The notes under the pieces were generated by a model. It was not told the origin of the DNA and made no database searches. It saw nothing but the letters and a program-made list of their open reading frames with translations. This document shows positions 22,697 to 33,434 of a stretch of 33,434 nucleotides of DNA, piece after piece (the stretch's first letter is position 1; each line of letters begins with the position of its first letter). Source of the stretch: Trypethelium eluteriae (taxonomy: Eukaryota). Where the stretch lies: the NCBI GenBank assembly GCA_051942245.1, contig JAVECL010000243.1, positions 1 to 33,434 on the forward strand, read 5' to 3'. The position numbers were made by a program, and so were the translations under genes.

Positions 22697-24645
22697 TCAA
22701 CGTCTCACTCCTTCGCCTAGGTATCCGCCAAACAAATTCCTCCACCATTTCTTGAAGATGAGTACAGCACATGCCATTAGATATTTTCTCCGTTCTGCTG
22801 CGATGAGATGCGCTTGGACGAATTGGTCAAGAAAATTTGGTCCGATCAGGTTCGGCTGCTCTTGATCCTTTACCAAATTCATGTGCGTCTCTGCCATTGG
22901 AGCTTGGTTCGTGTTGATTAAAGACATGCAATCGCAATAATCAGTATCAGAGACTTGTCCCTCCTTCAAGCTCCTCACAGTCCCCGATTCATGGCAGCTT
23001 TTATCTGATCTTACATGGGTTCTGGCAAGAAACATAAATGCCCATGCTGCACGCTCTATCAACCATTGCTCTTGGTTTGACCCACTGTAGCTCGATTTTG
23101 AAGATCGCTCCGCAAGTATCATACTCTGCATGAAAGCTTCGGGGTTAGCTTGAACCTCGACGAGTTGCTCTCCATCCTGAGCGAAAATGGTATCACGGAG
23201 CAATGACTCGAGATCTTGATACGACAACAGTTTGCCGTAAAATTCAGGTGTAAGTATCTTGCAGAAAAATTTCTCTGCTTGCTGGTTCTTAGGTCTCAAA
23301 CGCTTCGGCAGGGCGTAGATGGTCGCTTTTTGATATGGCGGCGTAGAGCTAAAGTACTCTAAATCAAGTGGTCTTAGTGAAGAGGATAGGATGCGTTCAA
23401 AGAAGGTCCAAAATACGACAGCGATTGTACTGAGAATTCTAAGTCATCAATTCTGGCTTTTATTGTGCTGATATCATACCTTTCGGTCCATGTGGCATGC
23501 CTCGCGGTGGCTGAGCTGTATGGTTCTGGACGGGGATAGATGCTCATCCCTTTTGCAAACGCAAGTTTCCCAGCCTCAAAAACAATTCTACCGTCTGGCC
23601 AGGAACATCAGCAAAGTTGAGTCAACGCCTATTCAGAACTTACATGTGATCAATCCAGGCCACCACCAATTCCAGACCAGTGCCACCGCATCGGAAAAGC
23701 ACATCTTATCCAACCGCAAAGGCGGGCCCAAAGAATGCAGACGAGCGATCAACTTTGGACGCTTATCAGAAGAAAGCAATGTAGCTGTAATGTCAATAAA
23801 TTCACGGGCTTTTCGATGCCGACATGACAATGTCAAGTTGTGCTCAAGAATATCACGGGCCTCGAGCAGGTAGTAGCCGTTGCGGGAGCTGAAGGGAGAG
23901 ACATGGAAATCTTTTTCCCAACGAATTTTGACGACATCTTCATTCCAACTATAGTGTCTTGGATGGCAGACATGGTGTCCTTGCGTGGCAGCTTCGGTCT
24001 TGACTGTGATGCTCTCCAGAGTTGGTAAAAAATAGGCTCGCCGCTCATCGAATGTGTTGTTGACCTCTGCGATTATTGCTCCGAGCTGTCCACTAGAGGT
24101 ATAGAGGTACCAGAAAGACGCTGGTGCAAATTTGTAACCCAAGATCTTCGGCTGCGTGACCAGATAGACGTATGAGAAAAGGTTTGGGGAAACTCCCTAG
24201 CAGACTTTCAGATACCAATCCATTGGTCAGGGAGGACATTTATTGATATGGAGCGTACTTGACTATGGAGGTATGTGTCCAGCTTTTGGCTAAGTCCACT
24301 TCCACTTTCACGACCGAGGTGGTCCCCGGCGTCAATACTGAGGAATCCAGGAAACCAATGACTCTTGCTATCCACAGAGAGCAGCCAATTATTAACATGC
24401 TCTGAACGCACTGAAACTGCTACGGAAAGGTAAGAGTACGAGAATGCGTGGAATTGCGGATAGAGACGTGTATGAGATATTCTCCCAGGGCAAATGAAAG
24501 CCTTTGGTAGTGTATGACTTGTTGATTGCTTTGAAGATCTAAATTGGCTCTTTCGGCCGCCGATTTGAGATCTCAATTTGATAGTCAAGATGCTGACAGT
24601 GAGAGCTAAAGCTATCCAGATATCGGCATGGGACCACATTTGCAT
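22697..24645 (-). CDS. DUF1365 family protein (UfaO / Rv0448c-like) with N-terminal membrane anchor; 4 exons
   Basis: Start uncertain (ATG at 24663, 24645 or 24639). Introns 24197-24258, ~23595-23643 and ~23430-23479 give a continuous frame. Motifs: HTRLYPQFHAFSYSY, YLVTQPKILGYKFAPASFWYLY, IIAEVNNTFDERRAY, KDFHVSPF, RIVFEAGKL...YPRPEP. Confidence 0.9.
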
Positions 24646-25448
24646 GACTTGTAAAATAATCATCAGCGAATGTCGGCGATCATAGTAACTCACGGCGGTC
24701 AATCCTCTGAAGCTGCCAGCACTTGAGATTGTATGAGACTGGAATGAACTCGCTTGATCCGAATCCGTCTTGTAAACCGCGTACCGAGTACTTCCACGGG
24801 GTTCCTCGTCGGAGAAGCCAGGTATTGTGACTGTACGATACCAGGAGGCACTGGCCGTCTCCGCCGTGCCCTTCCTTTCGGCCCCCATTTGGGCACCTTA
24901 GCTTGTTTTCGTTACTGGGTCCATACTCCGCTTTACTCGGTGTTATAATGTTCTTTCGTCTCGGCTGGGCAAGAGCCGAGCCGTTTTACCATGCACCCCA
25001 CGGTACTACCCAGGCTAGGATGATAGGAGAGATGAAGTGGGCGGCCCGCCTCCGACATCACCGGCCCGCGTGGCCGGCGTATTTGCTGGGGGGATCTTCC
25101 CAGGTACATTACTCGTGCTACTTCATGCTTTCGCTGCATGCACGCCACGCGATGCTTTTTCTGCCGCGTGGTCCCGTTATCAACCCTTCGGCCAATGGTG
25201 CAGGCCACAGCGATCATCTCAACCTCCTGCCTGGGTCAAATTGAAAGAAGGAGATGATCGCCAGTCGTTCAGCTGGTGAGGCATGTGGACATGTACTCCG
25301 TACTCTACTTACCCAACTATCGTACCCAACCTTCGCCCTCCATGCATTTTCTCATCTCGTTGCCTTTTCACACGCATACGAACCACGATACCAATTCCTC
25401 CCCTGCATTATTGTGGAATCTTGAACTATCGAAAACTCGCCCGTGACC
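24646..25448. promoter_or_regulatory. Divergent promoter shared by the DUF1365 gene and the MFS transporter
   Basis: Head-to-head arrangement, with a GC-rich CGG/CCG-dense patch at about 25040-25080. Confidence 0.5.
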
Positions 25449-27210
25449 ATGAGCAAACTCAACGATGTCATTGAGCATGGGCATCCTGCTTCGTCCCCAA
25501 GCACCTTGCTGTTGATACCTCAACCCAGTAGTAACCCCGAAGATCCTTTAGTATGTCTTAGAATCTCCATCCGCGTGATGAAACCCATGCAGAAGTTGAC
25601 ACGGGAGCAGAATTGGACCACCTTCCGCAAGTATCGACTCCTGGCTTTGGTCTGTCTTGCATCATTCGCGGGCAATGTCGCTGCATTATCGGGCCAGTTT
25701 GCGTATCCGGTCCAGTCCAAAACTTACAAAGTGACGATTCTGGAGTCTTCGTATTCCGTATGTCATTCTCGTATCACCGTTCTTTGGTAATAACGCGAGC
25801 GATTTCAGGTTTCAGCTGCAATTTCCGGTCTTGCAGCCGGTGCGTTTTTCTTTGTGCCCCTGCAGCGTGTCTTTGGAAGATGGGCTGTTGCGCTCTGGTC
25901 CTTGGTGGGAAGCCTCGCGTGCGCGATATGGTCCGCTAAAATGACTTCGGAAGGGGACTACGTTGATTTTATCATTTCTCGCCTTTTCAGCGGTCTGTTT
26001 GGCTCCGTACCTTCGGCGTTTGCTGGAAGCATGATCATTGACGTGGTTTTTCTTCACCACCGTGGAGCGGCGTTCCTCACTTACGAAGTAGCCGCTATGT
26101 TTGGCGCAGCATTTGGACCCACGATGAGTGGCTTCATAAGTGGTACTGTCTCGTGGACCTGGTGCTTCTGGTGGACGGTTCCGTTCCTCTGTGTGACGAT
26201 CATACTTGTCTTTCTCTTTGCCGAAGAGACGGCATTTGACCGTACGCAAGGCCTGCCCCTCGTAGAGATACCCTCAGGTTGGTTATCCAGCCGCATTGCA
26301 TTGTTTGCTCCCGGATGGAAGTCTGTTCCGAAACCTACAATTCATGATGTGGTAAGCCAAATCACTCTTTGAACAATAGTTGTTCAACTTGATTGAACCT
26401 TTACTAGGCGAAAGAGTATTCCATACCAGTCTTTATTGCTCTCTCACCAATTGCTTTGTTGTGTGGGTTTTTCACTCTGATCGCTTTTGGCTGGGTCCTT
26501 CTGAATGACATTCTATCACCGACATTCTTGCAGACTCCAGTATCCGAAGGAGGCTATGGCTTCACGCCGATTCAGAATAGCGCGTGTACGTTAGCCCAAT
26601 CACCTGAGACAAGTCCTATGAAGCTGATATAAAGCCCAAAGTCAATTTTTGCCTCTGGTTTTCATTCCTCGTAGGTCTCCTCATTGGCTCATTAGTCAAC
26701 GACCGGCTTCCGCTTTGGATCTGTAAGCGCTTCCATAATGGCATCTGGAAACCCGAATTCCGTCTCTACGTCACGATCATTACACTTATTCTAGCACCAA
26801 TTGGGTTGGGCATCTGCGGCGCGGCTCTTGAATACCACCTTCATTATATGGTATTTGCCTTGGGATTCTTCCTGGTTGGCACCGCGATCATAATTACAGT
26901 GCCAGTGGCCGTGAACTATGTCTCGGAGAACTTCACAAATTATTCAACTCAATGTACAATCGTCATGACATTCTATCGATTAGCATGGGGAGTCGCGATT
27001 CCTTTCTTTGCCGATGACTGGATCAGCGATGTCGGTATAGGGTGGGTATATGGAATGGCGGCATTCCTCTTAATTGCGGCATGGTGTTCGATTTTGACCT
27101 TGCTCATATTTGGGGGTCGATTGAGGCACTTCAGTTTTTTTCAATCGATGTTATCCACGGAAGAGGGTTCGAAGGTATTTGTTGACGATATGCGTGTCGA
27201 CGACACATGA
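25449..27210 (+). CDS. Major facilitator superfamily transporter (DHA1/HOL1-like); 5 exons
   Basis: ATG 25449. LIPQPSSNPEDPL|NWTTFRK spans intron 25551-25610; further introns at 25758-25808, 26352-26407 and 26586-26641. Motifs FGRW, DVVFLHHRG, WTWCFW, EETAFDR, GGYGFT and WKPEFRL, with many TM segments. Confidence 0.93.
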
Positions 27211-27687
27211 AAATTCTATTTCATATCGTACTGCCCGCGAAACAATCTGTAGGGCTATTCATGCGATTCCGTATCGCGTTGATAGATAGACAGGTCAAGT
27301 TTGGAGTAAATCGGTATATCGCTCGAATCGTTCACTATTTTAGTGCTAGACTTGGTATTTTACAGTCTTGTGTAACAAATAACTCGTAAAGTAATGTAAT
27401 GTAAACTGTCCATCGAGGTACTGTGGACATCGCATATTGTTCCTATAGCGGCAGCTGCCGCAGACTTGTAGGTAGGCTCATAATATCTCAGCTATGCCGC
27501 AAAGATCTGCAGGCCGAGGTGTTGGAACTTGTCGCACTATCCTGGGTTACAGTCATGGGTAGCAGTTCGGACCAACTTACGGAAGTTCCATGTCATCAAC
27601 TGCTGCTAACCTATGCTTCTTGCAAAGATATCTGTCGAAGACTGGATATTACCGGCTTCTGCACGGCGATAGTTGCTCCCCGTAAAG

Positions 27688-28926
27688 ATGGCATCCGCTA
27701 AGCTATTTGATGCTGCGCCACCATTTCCCGAGGATGTCTCTCCTGCCCAAATAGCCAGAATCTCACTGAGCAAACTTCGAGCTGGGGATAAGACCGAAGC
27801 TAGAGCTTGTTTTGAAGCTAGCAGAACACTTGGATTTTTCATGCTCGATCTCAATAACGATGACATTGGAGAGAAAACCATTCGAGGTGTCGAGTCTGTC
27901 TACTCTATCGCTCAAGGCGTGCACGATCTGCCCATGGCTGAGAAAGAAGAATATTGCGTAGAGCCACCAGAAAAGAAGTTCGGGTAGGCATTACATTTCA
28001 AGTCGCTGCACGTAGCAAGTGGTCCTCCTCTTATGTAATGTATGTTCACGGAAATCTAGGTACAAAGCGGCGGGTTTCATGAAGACAGAAACAGGCCAGC
28101 CAGACCGCATAGAATTCTTCGACATCGAACAAGACGATATCTTCGACAATGTGGTAGGCATCAACGCCATCGAGTCTCAACGGCTTTTGGTGTTTCAATG
28201 ATCTCTGACTCGATCTAGCCTCGACGTCCCTACCCTCAATTTCTTTCCGAACGCTGGGACGACCTTCGCTCCTACCTCAATATCATCCAACAGATTCTCA
28301 CTATCCTTCTTTCTACTCTATCCGGTGAACTAGGAGTGCCACCCTCAATGTTTCGCGATCTCCAATCCACCACCGAGCGCTCCGGGACTCGGATCCGACT
28401 CATCCGTAACCCGCCCTCTCTCACCGACGAAGACAAGCGCACCGCGCTGGTTCCGCATACCGATTTTGGCACTGTCACATTCCTCGCCAATGTCATTGGT
28501 GGGCTACAAATTCTACCACCGAACGAAGATGCGCACAATGATAGCAGTTGGAAATACCTCCGTCCTCAACCCGGCTGTCTACTTGTCAATTTCGGCGACG
28601 CAATGCCGGAATGGACGGGTGGCGTACTCCGCAGTAATATGCATCGTGTTAGTTATGCGCCGGGGCGTCAGGCTGAGGTTCCTCGGTATAGCGTTGTAGT
28701 GTTAGTTCGGCCAGGGCGAACAGTGAAGATGGGTAGACGCGTTGGAGGCCGGATTCCAACGCTGGAGGACGATCAACGGGAAGGTTCGGTCAGGGAGGGA
28801 GAGATAGAGATGGCAGGTTTGACGGCTGATGAGTGGGAAAGGAAGAAATCGGTAAATTTGATCCGGGGAGTCGTCCTTCCGCATAGTTCAGGTGGTCGGG
28901 AGCTGAAGCCTATGATCGAGGCATAA
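27688..28926 (+). CDS. 2-oxoglutarate/Fe(II)-dependent dioxygenase (DIOX_N + 2OG-FeII_Oxy, IPNS-like); 3 exons
   Basis: ATG 27688 (MASAKLFDAAPPFPEDV...ISLSKL...LGFFML). Introns 27984-28059 and 28154-28218. Metal triad HTD...H (LVPHTDFGTVTFL; SNMHRV) and 2OG-binding RYS are intact. Confidence 0.93.
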
Positions 28927-29791
28927 GGAGTTCCCTGCGTACGTTTAGAAGTCTCAGACTCAGGTTCGGGCTTGTTGCTATTCTGCCTGTATCGTCGAAT
29001 CGTAGGGGTTCCTATTCCTTGGGCATTGTTACAATCCAAAACAGGCTTGAAGTAAAGTTCGACGCCACTTCCATATTGCCATAGCAAGGCCTACAATGGA
29101 GGTATTTCCCATCTGTGGTAGCTTCAATCTCAAGAAGGTCGTAGTACCAATGCGAGTCATAAGACAGGCAGTGGAAACCCGCAGTCCTCTGAATGCCCTT
29201 CTGATATCATACAGAGGCTCGCTCCGTCAGGCTCTGCTTTGCGCGTCATTGAGCGAGATGAGGTTATCTAGCAGACTCCCATGCTGCAGTAATATGGGAC
29301 CGCTGCTTTCCACACCATTCTTCGGCAATCTGCAATGGCGCAGCTTGGCATTTGGCAGAACGAAAGATTCGATATTCAGCTGCCAGCGCTCAATCAAGGT
29401 CGAAGCGTTGGCGTCGTTACGATACTCTTATTCTTGAAACCCATTGATACCTGGCCATATAACGATGTTCTCTAGGCTGACCGATGGTACCCGTTGTGGT
29501 TCACTGTGGCCTCATGCCGCAGATAGATTTTGAAGTCTGCCAGCCACTGACTCCCTGCTCCCTGCTCCTCACGAAAAGTCCACGAGGCATCCCGTCCTAT
29601 GGCTCGATAGGTCAATGTTTTATCAGAGTAGGATGGCGTTCGAATAGAATTGGCAGTCGTCCACAGAGGACTATGTGGAAGAGATGCCGTGAGGCTAAGG
29701 CCTTAGGTAAATTGCGGGCCGAACGTGAGCCAATGGACGAATGCTCTTGGTATGGAGGACCAATCTTGTCCTGTGTCGCGCATCTTGCCGT

Positions 29792-29807
29792 TGTGTGTGT
29801 GTGTGTG
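29792..29807. repeat. (TG)8 microsatellite
   Basis: tgtgtgtgtgtgtgtg read directly from the sequence. Confidence 0.8.
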
Positions 29808-30543
29808 AGAAGGACCGGCAACCAACTGGAAGGGATTAGCGCGCTTATCACATGACTCTTTCAAGGTCCTTCCATCCATCCTCATCCGTACCTAATTACT
29901 TGTAACCTCAGAACCATCACCCATACACTCTCCTTGAAATCCAACTATTTGGTGCCTACAAACCACTTCACCGTGAGCATGCATCTCACCGTCTTATCCA
30001 TAGACGAATTCGTCGCGGTTGGATTATGTGTGAAGCAAACGCTAAGAGGTTTTATGCGGACAGAAGAGTACGTGCCGGAGACAGTCCGTCATATTAGGGT
30101 TAATTGAGTTAGGGTATTAGGAATCATGGGAGCACGGGGAGCATGGAGAGCTAATGATCTCACGCAATTGGGACTACTTTAGGGTGCACTTGCTTTCAAG
30201 CTTCATTTAACCGCCGGCTGAAACGCCAAGGCTGGTCGCAGCTCTCAATTCGCTTCTTCATTTTGCCGGTCACTTCAATTCACGGAGAGGCAGAGTCAGC
30301 AGACACTTTTGTACTACCCAAGAGTGCGTTGGATCTTCCTTTCGTCCTTGAACATCTTCATCATCATCACAATCCGAGGTTCGCTCATTGCTGCGTTGAT
30401 ATGCACTTCGCCTAGTTTTACAGCAATTAGGAATGATCAGCAACACTAGACGATAATCCGACTGTCATTGCCGCAGTTTCCACTAATCGGTGAGTTGGGT
30501 GGATATTATTGAGACGACAGTCTTACTGTTCATCTTCCATTTT

Positions 30544-30767
30544 CTGGAGAACCTGGAGTGAAGCGCTGGATTACTTGCATCATGCTGTCCAACTTCTTTC
30601 GACCCTTCTCCCATGGTCCCGGCTAAATATCATAGTTTCGACTTGATTGACCGGTTCCGTTGGTCGCGATAACAAGTCTGTTTGATCACACGCAGCAGGA
30701 CTAGGTGTTGCTTCTGTTGTAGGGTTCCTAGGACGGCAATTGAGGAGCCTCTTTCACATGTATAAAT
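30544..30767 (+). promoter_or_regulatory. Xylanase promoter: paired CreA-type sites, XlnR-type site and TATA box
   Basis: CTGGAG (SYGGRG) at 30544-30549 and 30553-30558, GGCTAAA at 30621-30627, and TATAAAT at 30761-30767, about 110 bp upstream of the ATG. Confidence 0.65.
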
Positions 30768-30874
30768 ATTGCAAGAGAATCACCTTGCTTGAATCCTTTT
30801 TCCTGTACAGCACACTCATCTCTTGTTCTACGTCTTTCGTTCCGGCTCTATATTAATTCTCTATAATCGTCGTC

Positions 30875-31640
<766 letters not shown>

Positions 31641-32300
31641 GGAACCGATCTATGAAAAATTTCGAAATCGTCACTTCGTGTATATATTGGAAAGACGTTG
31701 TCTAACCTTAAAAGCTGTACTTCCATCGATTCTACCCTCTTTATACGCCCAACGGGCTTAGTGGTATTGGCACGCTGACTCAGTAGGATTCCCTCTGCAA
31801 CACTACTCTAACTGACAAAAGAAACGTCCGCGAGGCACTTCATGATACAACTTTTCTCACAACTTTGAAGACGTTTTAGCCATCCAACCAGATTTTTAAA
31901 AAAAATCTTCTAAGCTGATAGAAAACAGAATCAAGCTATAAGCTTTCTCTTTAAATATATCGAATATGATTTTCTTTCATTGTTGTGATGTTTTCGTAGT
32001 GGATAAGATAATGCTAGGGTTACATAAAGGTGTCGGAGAAAGTACCGCCGACGGACATTTTGCCTGGCCTCGTTGAGGTGCGGAAAATCTCCCTGACCTC
32101 AACTCTAAACCAACCCAATCTTGAGCCCGGTGACGCTGACAACGGCTACCAACCGACGCGGACCCACCACGCTGCCACTAATCTCGAGCAGCAGACCTTT
32201 TCCAGCCGGATCCTACGTTTACATGCCGCATGCAGGCACATGCGATCCGAGCCGTGACAGGCGCGGTTCAGTTCGAGCTTCACGGATGGGGAAGCGGGCT

Positions 32301-32572
32301 AACCGCGTTTACATTATTGATAAGCTGTATTAACTAATACAATAGAGCACGAACCTACCTAGCTACCAAACTTGAGAACTTAGTTGAGCTTAGCACTGAC
32401 CGCATTTACACTATTGGTAAGCTATATTAACTAATACAATAAAGTACAGACCGACCTAGCTACTAAACTTAAGAAGTTAGTCGAGCTTAGCACTGTCCGT
32501 ATTCACGTACGCGTTTACGTTATTGACAGGCTGTGTTAACCGACAGAATGAAGCATTGACCTGCCAGGCTGC
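32301..32572. repeat. Imperfect ~97 bp tandem repeat (two full copies plus a diverged partial third)
   Basis: TAACTAATAC occurs at 32331 and 32428 (period 97), and GAGCTTAGCACTG is in both copies. A third partial copy starts near 32510 (cgcgtttacgttattgacaggctgtgttaac). Confidence 0.85.
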
Positions 32573-32802
32573 GGTTGAATCTGAGGTGTGTAAGTGAAAT
32601 TTTATAAAACTGAGAGGCTGTCTGCTGCTTCGTAGCAGGTCGGTAAGCAGAGCTTGTTACTTCGCTCATACTCATTTTCTTTGTTGCTGCATGTGCTTCT
32701 TCCTCCTCGTAGCGGATTTTGTTTGTTCGAGTGCGTCTGTATACCCAGTTATACGTCCAAGAAGCATATATAAGCAGCGCGATATCACAATTTTGGTCCA
32801 AA

Positions 32803-33298
32803 ATGCATGTCCGGGCATCGATAGCCGCAGCACTCTGTGCTTTAGCCTCTAAATCGGATGCGGGGCCATCCAGAAGAGCTATGAATGGATCACTGCCTAT
32901 AGTTGATCTGAGCTACCAGATTCAACGAGCCTCTGATCTCAATGTATGCGAACCAACGAGGGCTATTCCAACTGCCCTTGGAACGCTTTCGATGGCGACG
33001 GCTAATATTCTCTCAGGAAACTGGCATGTTCTACAATTTTTCTAACATTAGATATGCTGCTCCACCTGTAGGCGAACTACGTTTTGCTGCACTACAAGAG
33101 CCAGAATATAATGCAACCATCAATGATGGACTTGACGGCCGCATTTGCCCACAAGCAAGCCCATTCTGGATCAACACCGCAGAGACCTTCTTAGCTCAGT
33201 ATATTCTCTCGGGGGGTGCCAACATAACTCCTCCAGCTCCGCCAACTGCCAATATTACTCCACCACAAGACTCACGTACCTCGGAAGACTGCCTCTGA
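32803..33298 (+). pseudogene. 5' fragment of a secreted type-B carboxylesterase/lipase (COesterase), truncated after EDCL
   Basis: TATATAA at about 32767, ATG 32803, signal peptide, LPIVDLSYQIQRA. Intron 32944-33016, then FSNIRYAAPPVGELRF, ICPQA and RTSEDCL followed by TGA TGA. There is no splice donor at that point and no LDV/HGG continuation. Confidence 0.75.
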
Positions 33299-33434
33299 TG
33301 ATGTTCATGATGTTCTTCATGAAGTTGATCCAATCAACCTAGCCTACCGCGTAATCTCGCTATGCTCTACACGAGGGTCAATGCGCGAGATTCTCGAACC
33401 TACTACGTAGGTCCTCATTTTACTAGTTAATTAG

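Noticed and set aside
24664..24888. Long N-terminal extension of the DUF1365 ORF given in the ORF track
   Set aside because: It has no family similarity. The hydrophobic anchor follows the ATGs at 24639-24663, so the upstream part is probably 5' UTR.
16617..27575. TCGGACCAA shared upstream of the P450 (16617) and the dioxygenase (27567) as a cluster regulator site
   Set aside because: A single 9-mer match is expected by chance over several kb, and it was not seen in the other promoters.
30094..30184. Three TTAGGG hexamers plus one TTAGGA, suggesting an interstitial telomere
   Set aside because: They are not tandem and too few to distinguish from chance or a simple promoter motif.
32301..32572. 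Repeat considered as a CRISPR-like array
   Set aside because: The context is eukaryotic and whole units are duplicated with no unique spacers.

Overview
This is intron-containing genomic DNA from a filamentous ascomycete (Pezizomycotina-type GT..AG introns of about 50-110 nt). The left third holds two divergently transcribed housekeeping genes: FAB1/PIKfyve (minus strand, one unbroken frame 6547 to <1, missing from the ORF track because it runs off the edge) and a TPP1/Est3-like OB-fold gene. After about 2 kb of unassigned sequence and a poly-T tract, 12.5-28.9 kb is a compact seven-gene block that looks like a biosynthetic cluster but has no PKS, NRPS or terpene synthase. It contains an HSL-type alpha/beta hydrolase, a COG2907 FAD oxidoreductase (UfaD-like), a P450 lacking the I-helix threonine, a PTH11-like membrane protein, a DUF1365 protein (UfaO-like), an MFS transporter and a 2OG-Fe(II) dioxygenase. 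The UfaD/UfaO-family pair is the desaturase plus ring-forming oxygenase of bacterial furan fatty acid synthesis, so this is the best candidate for an undescribed system: a fungal furan/oxidised fatty acid pathway. The right end carries a GH11 xylanase with XlnR/CreA-type sites, a ~97 bp tandem repeat with RIP-like divergence, and a type-B carboxylesterase truncated just after EDCL. All family calls come from motif recognition by eye, not database searches.
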